Assembly (NCBI GenBank): GCA_046346715.1
Contig: JAXMHO010000007.1
Span: 35,517-99,516, forward strand
DNA from: Verrucomicrobiota bacterium
GTDB lineage: Bacteria; Verrucomicrobiota; Verrucomicrobiia; Limisphaerales; CAIQOK01
Direction of reading: 5' to 3'
Length of the DNA: 64,000 nucleotides
Below, one piece after another: positions 18,608 to 27,605 of this stretch (position 1 is the stretch's first letter; the number at the start of each line of letters is the position of its first letter). A program made the position numbers and the translations under genes. Under the pieces are notes generated by a model that was not told the origin of the DNA, made no database searches, and saw nothing but the letters and a program-made list of their open reading frames with translations.

Positions 18608-19818
18608 GCGCGGCAACCGGCGGTGAGTGAAGGTGTGTTTTGATGTTTATACATGACGAAGTATTCGCGATGGCCGAGCGCCTCCGGCTTGCTGGGTTCG
18701 CCGGCGGCGACTTTCAACAGCAGTTCGGCCAGTTCCAGCCCAGCCTGAGGCAGGCTCAGCCCGCCGGTTAAAACTCGGCCGGCATCGAAATCCATGTCGT
18801 CGGCCAGGGCCCGGAAGGTCGAGCTGTTGCCGGTGACTTTCACCAGCGGCGCAACGGGACTGCCAATCACGCTGCCGCGGCCGGTGACGAACAGCACGAT
18901 CTGCGCGCCGGCGCTGATCAAATCCATGATGCCTTCGGTGTCGTTGGGATTGGTGTAGCCAAACTGCATGAAATGCTCGTCGGGCACGCTGTCGAGAATC
19001 CACAGCCCCGGCCCGCGCGGCGACTCGGAGACGCGGATGACGCCTTGAATTGGCCGCGTGCCGGACTTGGCAAAAGCCCCGAGACTCTTTTCCTCAATGG
19101 TGGTGAGGCCGCCCGCGAAATTTCCCGGCGACACGGACCATTGCCCCACCGAACGGCAATACCGTTCCGCCTTGTCGTAGGCATCGGCGAGTTGTTTGCG
19201 GGCTTCGTCATTGGCCGCGCGCGCCAGCATGTGCCCGCGCAATCCCATCATCTCGACGGTCTCCTCAAAAATGGCGCGCCCTCCGGCGTCCACCAGCAAA
19301 TCAAAAAACGCGCCGACGGTTGGATTGCCCGCCAACCCCGACGTCCCGTCCGAACCGCCGCATTCGCAGCCGACGGTCAGGTCGGCCAACGTCATCGGCG
19401 CCCGTGGAGTTTCGCGGCGGATGTGTTCACGGAGACCGGCGACAACTTCCTTTCCCTTGGCGACGGAAGATTTCGTTCCGCCGGTCTGCTGGATGAAAAA
19501 CCATTCTGCGGGACGCCCCGACTTCCGGACCGCCTCGGCGATTTTTTCCGGCTGGGTGTATTCACAGCCGAGTCCGACCGACAGCACCGCGCCCACGTTC
19601 GGATGCCGCGCCAGCGCCAGCATCAGACGGATGGCATAGGCATTGTCATAGCAGCCGGGAAAGCCGATGACATGGACATCCTCCTCGCCGGCCGCAATCG
19701 CGTGGGCGACGTGCTGCGCGCATTCGACGGTATAAACTACGAGCACCAAGTTGCGGATACCCTTGCGACCATCAGGACGCAGGTAGCCGGACCAGGAAGT
19801 TTTCAGCAGGTCAGACAT
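18604..19818 (-). CDS. UxaA-family sugar-acid dehydratase, large (C-terminal) subunit
   Basis: [38 protein letters not shown] resembles the altronate/galactarate dehydratase (UxaA/GarD) C-domain. The start was trimmed to ATG 19818. Confidence 0.8.
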   Translation of the reverse strand: MSDLLKTSWSGYLRPDGRKGIRNLVLVVYTVECAQHVAHAIAAGEEDVHVIGFPGCYDNAYAIRLMLALARHPNVGAVLSVGLGCEYTQPEKIAEAVRKSGRPAEWFFIQQTGGTKSSVAKGKEVVAGLREHIRRETPRAPMTLADLTVGCECGGSDGTSGLAGNPTVGAFFDLLVDAGGRAIFEETVEMMGLRGHMLARAANDEARKQLADAYDKAERYCRSVGQWSVSPGNFAGGLTTIEEKSLGAFAKSGTRPIQGVIRVSESPRGPGLWILDSVPDEHFMQFGYTNPNDTEGIMDLISAGAQIVLFVTGRGSVIGSPVAPLVKVTGNSSTFRALADDMDFDAGRVLTGGLSLPQAGLELAELLLKVAAGEPSKPEALGHREYFVMYKHQNTPSLTAGCRA

Positions 19819-20143
19819 AGGCGGAAGTCGTGTCGGTTGGCGCGCCCGAGTGAAGATCCAAGGTGCCGGAGCGGACGTCCAAATCGCTGGCCATGTTGTG
19901 GAGATGAACCCAGGCGCCACGCGGGATGGCCTGGGTCGCATGACCGATGCGCACCCCGTATTTGATCACTGCTTCACCCTTGGCAATGTCGCGGATGGCG
20001 AGCTTGTGGCCGTGGGTGATTTTTTCCGAGGCGAAAACCTCACCGCTGGCGGCTCCGAAAATCTCGACCACCCCCGCCGGCGCGTCGTCAATCAACGTGG
20101 CGACGTTGTCTTGGGGTTGGATTTGGAAGGCGCGGGGTTTCAT
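19811..20143 (-). CDS. UxaA-family dehydratase, small N-terminal SAF-domain subunit
   Basis: [20 protein letters not shown]...[22 protein letters not shown] is typical of the SAF/UxaA N-domain. There is an 8-nt overlap with the large subunit gene. Confidence 0.75.
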   Translation of the reverse strand: MKPRAFQIQPQDNVATLIDDAPAGVVEIFGAASGEVFASEKITHGHKLAIRDIAKGEAVIKYGVRIGHATQAIPRGAWVHLHNMASDLDVRSGTLDLHSGAPTDTTSAYV

Positions 20144-20154
20144 CGGGGGATTAT

Positions 20155-20188
20155 TTAACCGCAAAGAGCGCAGAGAACGCAGAGAAAA
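20155..20188. repeat. Repeat-family arm (left arm of cargo-bearing element)
   Basis: The sequence is ttaaccgcaaagagcgcagagaacgcagagaaaa. It lies 12 nt upstream of the UxaA-small-subunit ATG. Confidence 0.75.
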
Positions 20189-20228
20189 TTCCCTTTTCAG
20201 GGCTTGCGCTAATCTTCGCTGCAAATAT

Positions 20229-20690
20229 TTAGGTTTCACCACAACAAATGGTCTTAATTTTGTTTTTTAAAAATTCCCAGGACGTGTCTGTCTGGGCAGC
20301 TAATTCAATTGGGTATCTCTCCGCGAGCTGAGGCATTGCATTAATACGACGTTCGCATTCTGCCACATCAGAAGTGTAAACCCACCACTGCCTCGTGCCG
20401 TTTTCGGTTAGAACTGCTGTAAGCACTGCAAGGAAATCATGTTCAAAGGCATCTACAAAATGGTTTTCAAAATCCTTTAGTTGACTCAATTCTTCTTCAT
20501 CGGGAATACCAGAACTGCCGTCATGCACGTATCCCCACGTGATGATCAGCAAACGGGAATAACCCGCGTAATCTGTCACGTCGCAAAATCCTTCCCTGAA
20601 TCGAAACATAAATGGTGCATTACCGTGCTTGCCTGTAATTCTAGTCCAACGATCTTGCTTCACTGCGGCGATTACTTGCTGTGACTTCAT
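20229..20690 (-). CDS. DUF695-like small protein (cargo of repeat-flanked element)
   Basis: LLIITWGY...GIPDEEELSQLKDFENHFVDAFEH...TENGTRQWWVYTSD matches my recollection of the DUF695/RraB-like pattern. The stretch is conspicuously AT-richer than its surroundings. Confidence 0.5.
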   Translation of the reverse strand: MKSQQVIAAVKQDRWTRITGKHGNAPFMFRFREGFCDVTDYAGYSRLLIITWGYVHDGSSGIPDEEELSQLKDFENHFVDAFEHDFLAVLTAVLTENGTRQWWVYTSDVAECERRINAMPQLAERYPIELAAQTDTSWEFLKNKIKTICCGET

Positions 20691-20697
20691 GGGAGAG

Positions 20698-20733
20698 TTT
20701 TCGCTTTGCGCTCTTTGCGTTCTCTGCGGTTAA
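20698..20733. repeat. Repeat-family arm (right arm, inverted relative to 20155-20188)
   Basis: Its reverse complement reads ttaaccgcagagaacgcaaagagcgcaaagcgaaaa. The TAA stop of the enolase-superfamily gene (20730-20732) lies inside the ttaa terminus. Confidence 0.75.
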
Positions 20734-21848
20734 ACCTTCGTCACCTTGTGTTCCACACACGTGCGATCAATCGCATCCCAATTCAGTTCTACGCCGATGC
20801 CGGGCTTTTGCGGAACGTGCGCCATGCCGAATTTGTCGATGGGATATTTGTCCTTCATCGGAAAACGGAACGGCTCTTCGGGAATCAGCAGCTCAAAGTA
20901 TTCGCAATTCTTGATGGCGCAGCTCACGTGCAGATTGGCGATATCCATGAAGCCCATCGTCGTGCAATGCACTTCGCAGCGCAGCCCGTGCGCCTCGGCG
21001 AGATGCGCGATCTTCAGCGTCCCGGTGACGCCGGCCTTCCACGAAACATCCGCGCGCACGATGTCCACGGCGTTGAATTGAATCGCCTGCGCCACGCCCC
21101 ACGGACCGCCACGCGTCGTCTCCGTGCCGGCAATGGGAATGTCCAACGCGGCGCAGAGCTTGGCGTATTTCGCGAGTTCGAAATCGCGGAACGGTTCTTC
21201 GAACCAATGGTAATTCAGTTTCTCCAGATCGCGCCCGACGCGAATCGCTTCTTCGAGCGAATAATCAGCCACCGGATCGGTCATCAAAACGTAATCGTCT
21301 CCAGCTGCCTCGCGCAACGCGCGGTGAATCTCGATATCTTTCCGCCACGGGCCAGGCGGATGCGCTTTGTAAGCCGGAAAACCGCGCTTCTTGTAAGCGC
21401 GCAATTGCTTCACATAATCCTCGACCTTTGGCATGAACAAACTGCTCGCATACGTCGGAAGACTCGTGCGACACGTGCCGATGAATTGATACAGCGGCAA
21501 CCCCGCGTCCTGCGCGGCGATGTCCCACAGCGCGACGTCCACCGGGCCGGGAAGATAGACCGGAAAGAACGTCAGATGCCGGTCAATCGTCCAAAGCTCG
21601 TGCCAGATCGCCTCGCGTTCCACCGGCGAACGGCCCATGACCACCGGCGCAATGTTCTCGTGCAGGTAAGCCTGCGTCACGATGCTGGAACGCGCCGCGA
21701 GCGCCGTGGCGTGGCCGGTGAGACCGGTGTCCGTGGTCAACTTCAACACGACCACGTCCCAATTCATCGGGCTGCGGCCCGTGCGCGAGGAATCGAACAA
21801 CGACTCTTGCCGCTGACAACGCCAGGTTTCAAACGAGGTGATTTTCAT
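20730..21848 (-). CDS. Enolase-superfamily (mandelate racemase/muconate lactonizing enzyme family) acid-sugar dehydratase
   Basis: The 372-aa protein begins MKITSFETW...VVLKLTTDTGLTGHA, a capping-domain start. Its length and pattern are typical of MR-subgroup dehydratases. Confidence 0.75.
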   Translation of the reverse strand: MKITSFETWRCQRQESLFDSSRTGRSPMNWDVVVLKLTTDTGLTGHATALAARSSIVTQAYLHENIAPVVMGRSPVEREAIWHELWTIDRHLTFFPVYLPGPVDVALWDIAAQDAGLPLYQFIGTCRTSLPTYASSLFMPKVEDYVKQLRAYKKRGFPAYKAHPPGPWRKDIEIHRALREAAGDDYVLMTDPVADYSLEEAIRVGRDLEKLNYHWFEEPFRDFELAKYAKLCAALDIPIAGTETTRGGPWGVAQAIQFNAVDIVRADVSWKAGVTGTLKIAHLAEAHGLRCEVHCTTMGFMDIANLHVSCAIKNCEYFELLIPEEPFRFPMKDKYPIDKFGMAHVPQKPGIGVELNWDAIDRTCVEHKVTKV

Positions 21849-21857
21849 GCTATTGAT

Positions 21858-21986
21858 TTAACTGCAAAGAACGCAAAGAGCGCAAAGAATACAATAAATA
21901 CGAACGGCTGCCTGACATCATTGCAACGCGTTGGAATCCATTTTCTTTTCCCCTTCTTTGTGTTCTCTGCGATCCCTGCGGTTAAC
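21858..21986. repeat. Inverted-repeat element of the same family, 'empty' copy (about 33-nt imperfect arms, about 63-nt spacer)
   Basis: The arms are ttaactgcaaagaacgcaaagagcgcaaagaat (21858-21890) and the reverse complement of 21954-21986, gttaaccgcagggatcgcagagaacacaaagaa. The element fills the gap between the RraA-like stop and the enolase-family start. Confidence 0.75.
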
Positions 21987-22651
21987 TAAAGAATCCCATA
22001 CTTCTTAAACGCCGCGGTGCTGCTCATGCCCGCCTCGATTTCCTTGCGGACGAGCTTTTCGCCGCGGGCCTTGGCCAGGGCGCGCTCCACCACTTCGGAC
22101 TCAACCTTCTTCGGCACGATCACAACGCCGTCCAGATCACCAAACACCAGATCACCGGGCTGGACCGTGACGGGGCCAATTTCGATCTGACAACGGAAAT
22201 CCACGACTTGGGTGCGCACGGAGGAGTCCTGGGCAAAGCGTCCGCGTGAAAAGACCGGCCAGTTTTGCTCCAGCATCTTCGGCGTGTCGCGGTGAAAGCC
22301 GTTTATGACCGCGCCGGCCGCGCCACGTTTCTTGGCGGTGGCGGTGAGGATTTCGCCCCAATAAGCGCAGCGCATTTCCCCGCCGCTGGCCAGATAGATT
22401 TCGCCGGGCTCAAGCTGGTCGAGCGCTTCGGTGAGCAGGCCGAACGGCTTCTTCTGCTTGCCGAAGACGTCGATCATCACCACCGGCATCGCGCGGCCGG
22501 TGAGTTTCATGTCGTCGCGCGCGGGCTGGATGGGCTGGGGTAGAAATTGATGCGTGAAGCCGAGGTCGTCGAGGATGTCGCCGACGACCGGCGTGTAAAG
22601 TTCACGGGTGCACAGTGAGAACAATTCGGAGTCAGATTTCCATTCGGACAT
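21986..22651 (-). CDS. RraA-family protein (4-hydroxy-4-methyl-2-oxoglutarate aldolase-like)
   Basis: MSEWKSD...[14 protein letters not shown]...LTGRAMPV...[14 protein letters not shown] is the typical RraA/HMG-aldolase fold signature. Confidence 0.7.
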   Translation of the reverse strand: MSEWKSDSELFSLCTRELYTPVVGDILDDLGFTHQFLPQPIQPARDDMKLTGRAMPVVMIDVFGKQKKPFGLLTEALDQLEPGEIYLASGGEMRCAYWGEILTATAKKRGAAGAVINGFHRDTPKMLEQNWPVFSRGRFAQDSSVRTQVVDFRCQIEIGPVTVQPGDLVFGDLDGVVIVPKKVESEVVERALAKARGEKLVRKEIEAGMSSTAAFKKYGIL

Positions 22652-22718
22652 GCGAGAATTTTAGCCAAGCGGAACGATTAAACAATTCACATTCTGCCAA
22701 TCCGCCCGCGCATTTCTG

Positions 22719-23687
22719 TCACGGTTCGGGGGCATGGTCCAATAGTCCATGAAGAATTCCCGCCGGCACCGACAGCGCCGTGCCGTGCTTGTGGCCGGGC
22801 GGGAAGGAGACTTCGCGGGAGATGTCCGTGAAGGTTTTGAAGTCGCGGGTGCGCAGCGCGCCGTAGGTCTTGTCACGGTAGGCGTCGAAATAAATCAGCC
22901 AGTCGTCGCCAATCTTCAACGCGGTCGGCCCCTCGGTGAACTTTGGCGTCAACGGTTCGGTGAAATTGCCCCAAGGCCCGGCCGGATTGCCGCCGAACGC
23001 CACGCGGAGACCAAGCACCGGCCGGGAGTTGTCCTTGTGCAGCAAAACATAGCGGCCGGAATCCTTCACAATGAATGAATCAATAACGCTGAAACCGGGG
23101 TCGAGATACAACTGGGCCGGCGTGAACGTTTCAAAATCCCGGGTGGCGGTGAAGTAAAGCCGGTGATTGTTGTTCGTGGCTTCGAGCTTTTCGGGAAATC
23201 GTCCGGGAATCGTGGAGGCCCAGACGATGAGGAAGTGCCGCTGGCGTTCGTTGTAATACAGTTCGGGCGCCCAGACGTTCACAGTCGCGGGTTCGTTGGT
23301 CATCACGGGAATGAACCGCTGCGCCGACCAGTGGAGCAGGTCGGGCGAACTGGCATAGCCAAACCCCGGGTCGCCTTTCCAGGCAGTGGTCCAGACCAGA
23401 TGAAACGTTCCGTCCCGTCCGCGCAGCAGGCTGGGATCCCGCAGCAGCTTTCCCGCGCCCACGGTCGGGACGAGAAAACGTCCGGGCACCTGCTGCCAGT
23501 GATACCCGTCATGGCTGTAAAGAAACCGCAGACCGGGCGGCTGGTTGTCTTGAAAGGAGGTGAAGAGCCAGGCCGATTGCCCGGCGGAATGCCTGGACGG
23601 CGAAACAGTTCCACAACCGGAAAAGAGCGACGCCGCAATCAGCACCAGCCCAATCGCAAACCTAGCGATGATCACAGGGCGTTTCAC
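22719..23687 (-). CDS. Glycoside hydrolase family 43-like (five-bladed propeller), lipoprotein
   Basis: The GTG start at 23687 gives VKRPVIIARFAIGLVLIAASLFSGCG, a lipobox. LRDPSLLRGRDGTFHLVWT and VWAPELYY are GH43-type motifs. There is a GTGA overlap with GH31. Confidence 0.65.
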   Translation of the reverse strand: MKRPVIIARFAIGLVLIAASLFSGCGTVSPSRHSAGQSAWLFTSFQDNQPPGLRFLYSHDGYHWQQVPGRFLVPTVGAGKLLRDPSLLRGRDGTFHLVWTTAWKGDPGFGYASSPDLLHWSAQRFIPVMTNEPATVNVWAPELYYNERQRHFLIVWASTIPGRFPEKLEATNNNHRLYFTATRDFETFTPAQLYLDPGFSVIDSFIVKDSGRYVLLHKDNSRPVLGLRVAFGGNPAGPWGNFTEPLTPKFTEGPTALKIGDDWLIYFDAYRDKTYGALRTRDFKTFTDISREVSFPPGHKHGTALSVPAGILHGLLDHAPEP

Positions 23688-26179
23688 TTGAATTCCCCCG
23701 CCAGCACTTTGATTTCTTCCCCGATGTAGCGGACCACCCTCGTTGTGCTGCCTGCGGTGGAAACGAAAACGAGCCGGCACTCCCGCTCCGTCACCATGCC
23801 GGGGAACCGTCCCTGACGCGTTGCCATCGTGAGTTCGCCGCGCGTGTCGTCCCACGACAACTCCACGATGGCAGAGGCACCCTGCTCATAGTCGTAACCA
23901 TCGCCCGCATCCTCGTAGAGCGTGAAGGAGCCGTCGGCGCCACGGTAAATCCGAATCTCGTAAGGCGCTTTCGGATGTTCGTCCACGAACTGCATCGGCT
24001 CGGTCATCGGCAGGATGGAACCGGCGCGGACATACAACGGCATCGTTTCCAGCGGTGCGTCCGCAGAGATAGTTTGTCCGCCGGAGAAAACCTGCTCCGT
24101 CCAGAAATCAAACCACTTCGCGCCAGCGGGAAGATAAACTTCGCGACTCTTTTGCGCGTCGGCGATCGGCTGGGAGTTTTTTTCGTAATACATCGGCGTC
24201 GTCACCGGCGCGACGAGCAAGGCGGGGCCGAAGAGGAATTCATCCGTGAGCGAATGGGTTTTCACATCCGCCGGAAACTCCAGCGCCACCGCACGCAGCA
24301 TCGGGGTGCCGGATTGGGTCACTTTGGCCGCCAGCGAGTAGAGGTAAGGCAGCAACTGGTAACGCAGCCGGATGAACTTGGCGATGGTGTCGTAGAAAAT
24401 ATTGCCCGCGTCACCAAAGCGCCAGATCTCACGGGCGGCGTCGGTGCCGTGGGAACGGAACATCGGGAGAAAGGCCGCGTATTGCACCCAGCGTGTGTAA
24501 AGCTCCCAGAAGCCCAGATCGCGACAGCCGGTGTCTTTCGGGTCCGGCGCCAACGCGTTCATGTCGGTCAACCCACGACAGCCTTCGGCATAATCACCGC
24601 GCCAGAACCAGAGTTTCGGATCGTTGTTAATGAAAAAGCCGCCGATATCCACCGTCCAGTAAGGTTCGCCGGTGGCGCAAAAATTCACGCCCTCGGGAAT
24701 GCAATTCCGCAACGTCTGCCAGGTCGCGCAGATGTCGCCGTTCCAACAAATCGTCGCGTAACGATGCTGCCCCGCGTAACCGGAGCGGGTGAGATTCACC
24801 ACGCGTTTGGCAGCGGTGGCCTGGCGCTGGCCTTCGTAGATGCCCTGCGAATGCGGCAGCGAGTAGGTGTTGATCTGGCCGTGATCGAGATATTTCTTGG
24901 CGGCGCCGGTGTTCAGTTCCAGCCGCGGCTGCGGCTCGGGTTTGGTTTCGCCGGACCAATCGGCTTCGAACGGTTCGGTGCAATCGCACCACCAGCCATC
25001 GATGCCCTGGGCGAACAACCCCTGCTGCGCCTGCCGCCAATAAATCTCCCGCGCCTCGGCGGAGAACGCGTTGTAGGTGGACTGATTGCCGAGCATCAGG
25101 CCGCGGTCCTGCAATTCGCGCTGGTTGGGGCAATCGCCGGTCATAATCGGCCAGATGGACACCATCATTTTCGCGCCCAGCGCATGCAGCTCGTCGGTCA
25201 ACGCTTTCGGGTCGGGAAAACGCAGCGGATCAAAATTCTTCTGCCCCCACCCTGCTCCGTTTGGCCACGACTTCCAGTCGAGCACGATGAGGTCGAGCGG
25301 AATTTTCCGGCGACGATATTCGCGGACGACTTCCACCAGTTCCTTCGCGTTGACGTAACGCTCCTTCGACTGCGCGAACCCGAACGCCCACTTCGGCAGC
25401 ATGGGCGCCTTGCCGGTCAGCCGATGAAGATTTTCCGTGACCGCATCGAAGGATCCGCCGGCGATGAAATAAAAATCCAGTTCGTCCACCACGTCCGCCC
25501 ACCAACAGGCGCCGTCCGGGTCGTCGCGGAAGGTCATCAGCGAACCGCAATCCAGCAGCACGCCGTAGCCGCGCGTGGAAATGAAGTACGGCACGACGAT
25601 CTTCATGTTCTGCTGGTAGAGCAGCCGTTCCTTGCCGCGCAGATTGCCGTAGCCTTCCTCGTGCGAGCCGAGACCGAAGATGGCTTCGTCGGGCGCGAAC
25701 TGAAACTCCAGCCTGGCCTCGAACGCATCTCGATCAAAAACCGTCTCAAACTCCGTTGCCGCCGCCCGGGCGCCGTCGATGCTCTGGCCGGCAGCAACGG
25801 TTGCGCCCTGCTTGAAGACGTTGCGAAAGACCTTCTTGGGCGTCAGCGATTTGCCACCGCGCAATGGTTCGCGCAGTAAAGGTTTGCCGGTGGCATCGAA
25901 ATAGGCAATCGCACCGGTCGCCTTGTTCACGACCAGCTTGAGGGCAGAAGTGGAGAGTTCAAACACCTCCCCGGTTTCCTGAACTTTGAAGCCGGAGAAT
26001 TGAGACGTCGCCGTGACAATGAGGCTGGGCTTGTTCTGGAATGATTTTCCCTGCGTGACGGTGATGCGCGCGATGCCTTTCGTGACGAAGACAACTCGCA
26101 GACGCTTGTCGCCGGCGGCGAGAATCACCGCGCCCTGGTTGCTTTCGAGAGTGAACATGCGATCGGTCGAAAAATTCAA
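23684..26179 (-). CDS. Glycoside hydrolase family 31 (alpha-xylosidase/alpha-glucosidase type)
   Basis: GIDGWWCDCTEPFE is the GH31 catalytic-region motif, and WPNGAGWGQKNFDP is also present. The protein is about 830 aa. The start is TTG 26179 (TTGA overlap with the transporter) or ATG 26158. Confidence 0.85.
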   Translation of the reverse strand: MNFSTDRMFTLESNQGAVILAAGDKRLRVVFVTKGIARITVTQGKSFQNKPSLIVTATSQFSGFKVQETGEVFELSTSALKLVVNKATGAIAYFDATGKPLLREPLRGGKSLTPKKVFRNVFKQGATVAAGQSIDGARAAATEFETVFDRDAFEARLEFQFAPDEAIFGLGSHEEGYGNLRGKERLLYQQNMKIVVPYFISTRGYGVLLDCGSLMTFRDDPDGACWWADVVDELDFYFIAGGSFDAVTENLHRLTGKAPMLPKWAFGFAQSKERYVNAKELVEVVREYRRRKIPLDLIVLDWKSWPNGAGWGQKNFDPLRFPDPKALTDELHALGAKMMVSIWPIMTGDCPNQRELQDRGLMLGNQSTYNAFSAEAREIYWRQAQQGLFAQGIDGWWCDCTEPFEADWSGETKPEPQPRLELNTGAAKKYLDHGQINTYSLPHSQGIYEGQRQATAAKRVVNLTRSGYAGQHRYATICWNGDICATWQTLRNCIPEGVNFCATGEPYWTVDIGGFFINNDPKLWFWRGDYAEGCRGLTDMNALAPDPKDTGCRDLGFWELYTRWVQYAAFLPMFRSHGTDAAREIWRFGDAGNIFYDTIAKFIRLRYQLLPYLYSLAAKVTQSGTPMLRAVALEFPADVKTHSLTDEFLFGPALLVAPVTTPMYYEKNSQPIADAQKSREVYLPAGAKWFDFWTEQVFSGGQTISADAPLETMPLYVRAGSILPMTEPMQFVDEHPKAPYEIRIYRGADGSFTLYEDAGDGYDYEQGASAIVELSWDDTRGELTMATRQGRFPGMVTERECRLVFVSTAGSTTRVVRYIGEEIKVLAGEFK

Positions 26180-27549
26180 ACGGCCTTCGCGCGGCGGACG
26201 TCGAGCTCGGCGTGAATCTGCGGTTCCATGCGCTCAAAGCGGCGGTAGAAAAACACCGGCAGCAGGCTCAACGTCAGGCAGATGGCCGGCAGCCAGACGA
26301 TGCCGAACTCAATGGCCTTCAAGGCGGCGGGAGTTTGCTCGGTATTCGGCTGGTAACCGTTTGTGCCCATGATCCACAACGGAATCGCCCCGCCCAGTCC
26401 GGCCCCGGCCTTGAGGCAGAACGCAGCGCCGACGGCTGTCAACAATCCGGCCGCGCGAATGCCGGTTTTCCATTCGCCGTAATCAACGCTGTCCGAAAGA
26501 ATGGAAAACGGAATGGCCATCGCCATGCCACTGCCGAGAAAGCCGATGACCCAGCCGGTCATGATGAGGGGGATGGAGTGGTTGGATGCCATGCCAAAGT
26601 AGAGAACGAGTTGCCCGGCGATCATCATGGCCAGGCCCCAACCCCACGCGGCGGTCTTGGAGGTGATTTTGCAGAACCACGGCAGCAGGAACGCCGTGGC
26701 CAGCGAGACGAAATCCAGGCTGTAGGCAAGCGAGGTGAGGTCCTTGCGGTGCAGGTTGTATTCAAAGAAGTACGGCACCACCGAAACCCGCGCGATGAAT
26801 CCCACCCAGAAGAAAAAGCTGCTGAAGAAAATGATGAACCACGGCCAGTTGCCTTTCAGCGCGCCGAAGGTTCCGAGAATGGGCTGGATCTTCTTTTCCT
26901 GCGGCACGACTTCCTTGAGGTTCCGGAACGCGAGCAGGAACAGCAGAATTGAAAACACCGCGAACACCGGCAAGGTGAGCATGTAACCTTTCCGGTCATC
27001 GCCCTGACCGAAAAACGCCACGAGCTTGAGCGCCGTCAGGTTGACCAGCAGCACGCCGAGCTTGGAGCCGAACATGCGGAAGGTCATCAGCGTGATGCGC
27101 TCCTGCGGGCTGGTGGTCAGCGTCGAGAGAATGGAAGTCACCGGAGTGTTGATGCCGGTGTAGATGACACTGCATGCAATGTAGGTGAACGCCGCGTAGA
27201 TGACTTTGCCGTTGTAACTGAGGTTGGGCGTCATGAAGGTCAGCACGCCAAACAGGGCGAAAGGCAGGCACAGCCAGAGAAACCATGGACGGTATTTGCC
27301 GAGCCGGCTGTGGGTGCGGTCGAAGATGATTCCCCAGATCGGCGCGTCCACGGCGTCAATCCAGCGCGCCAGACCGAGAATCGTGCCGCAGGTCACCGCG
27401 CTCAGGCCGTAAACGTCGGTGAAAAATTTCCCCATGTAGCCGCCGATGATGAAGGTAAAAATCAGCTGTCCGGCGATGTCGGGGGCCGCATAGCTGAACC
27501 GGGTGATGTAGGAGGTCTTGTTCAAGGTTTGCGGAGATAGATACCGCAA
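26176..27549 (-). CDS. Glycoside-pentoside-hexuronide (GPH):cation symporter family transporter
   Basis: A 12-TM pattern is present, with FSYAAPDIAGQLIF...LARWIDAVDAPIWGIIFDRT typical of MelB/GPH carriers. The start is a TTG at 27549, so it is uncertain. Confidence 0.8.
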   Translation of the reverse strand: MRYLSPQTLNKTSYITRFSYAAPDIAGQLIFTFIIGGYMGKFFTDVYGLSAVTCGTILGLARWIDAVDAPIWGIIFDRTHSRLGKYRPWFLWLCLPFALFGVLTFMTPNLSYNGKVIYAAFTYIACSVIYTGINTPVTSILSTLTTSPQERITLMTFRMFGSKLGVLLVNLTALKLVAFFGQGDDRKGYMLTLPVFAVFSILLFLLAFRNLKEVVPQEKKIQPILGTFGALKGNWPWFIIFFSSFFFWVGFIARVSVVPYFFEYNLHRKDLTSLAYSLDFVSLATAFLLPWFCKITSKTAAWGWGLAMMIAGQLVLYFGMASNHSIPLIMTGWVIGFLGSGMAMAIPFSILSDSVDYGEWKTGIRAAGLLTAVGAAFCLKAGAGLGGAIPLWIMGTNGYQPNTEQTPAALKAIEFGIVWLPAICLTLSLLPVFFYRRFERMEPQIHAELDVRRAKAV

Positions 27550-27605
27550 GCCGCCCGGGGTGCGCGAGAATTTCCTGCGCGCTGCCAGTTTTTGAATGGC
27601 TTTTG

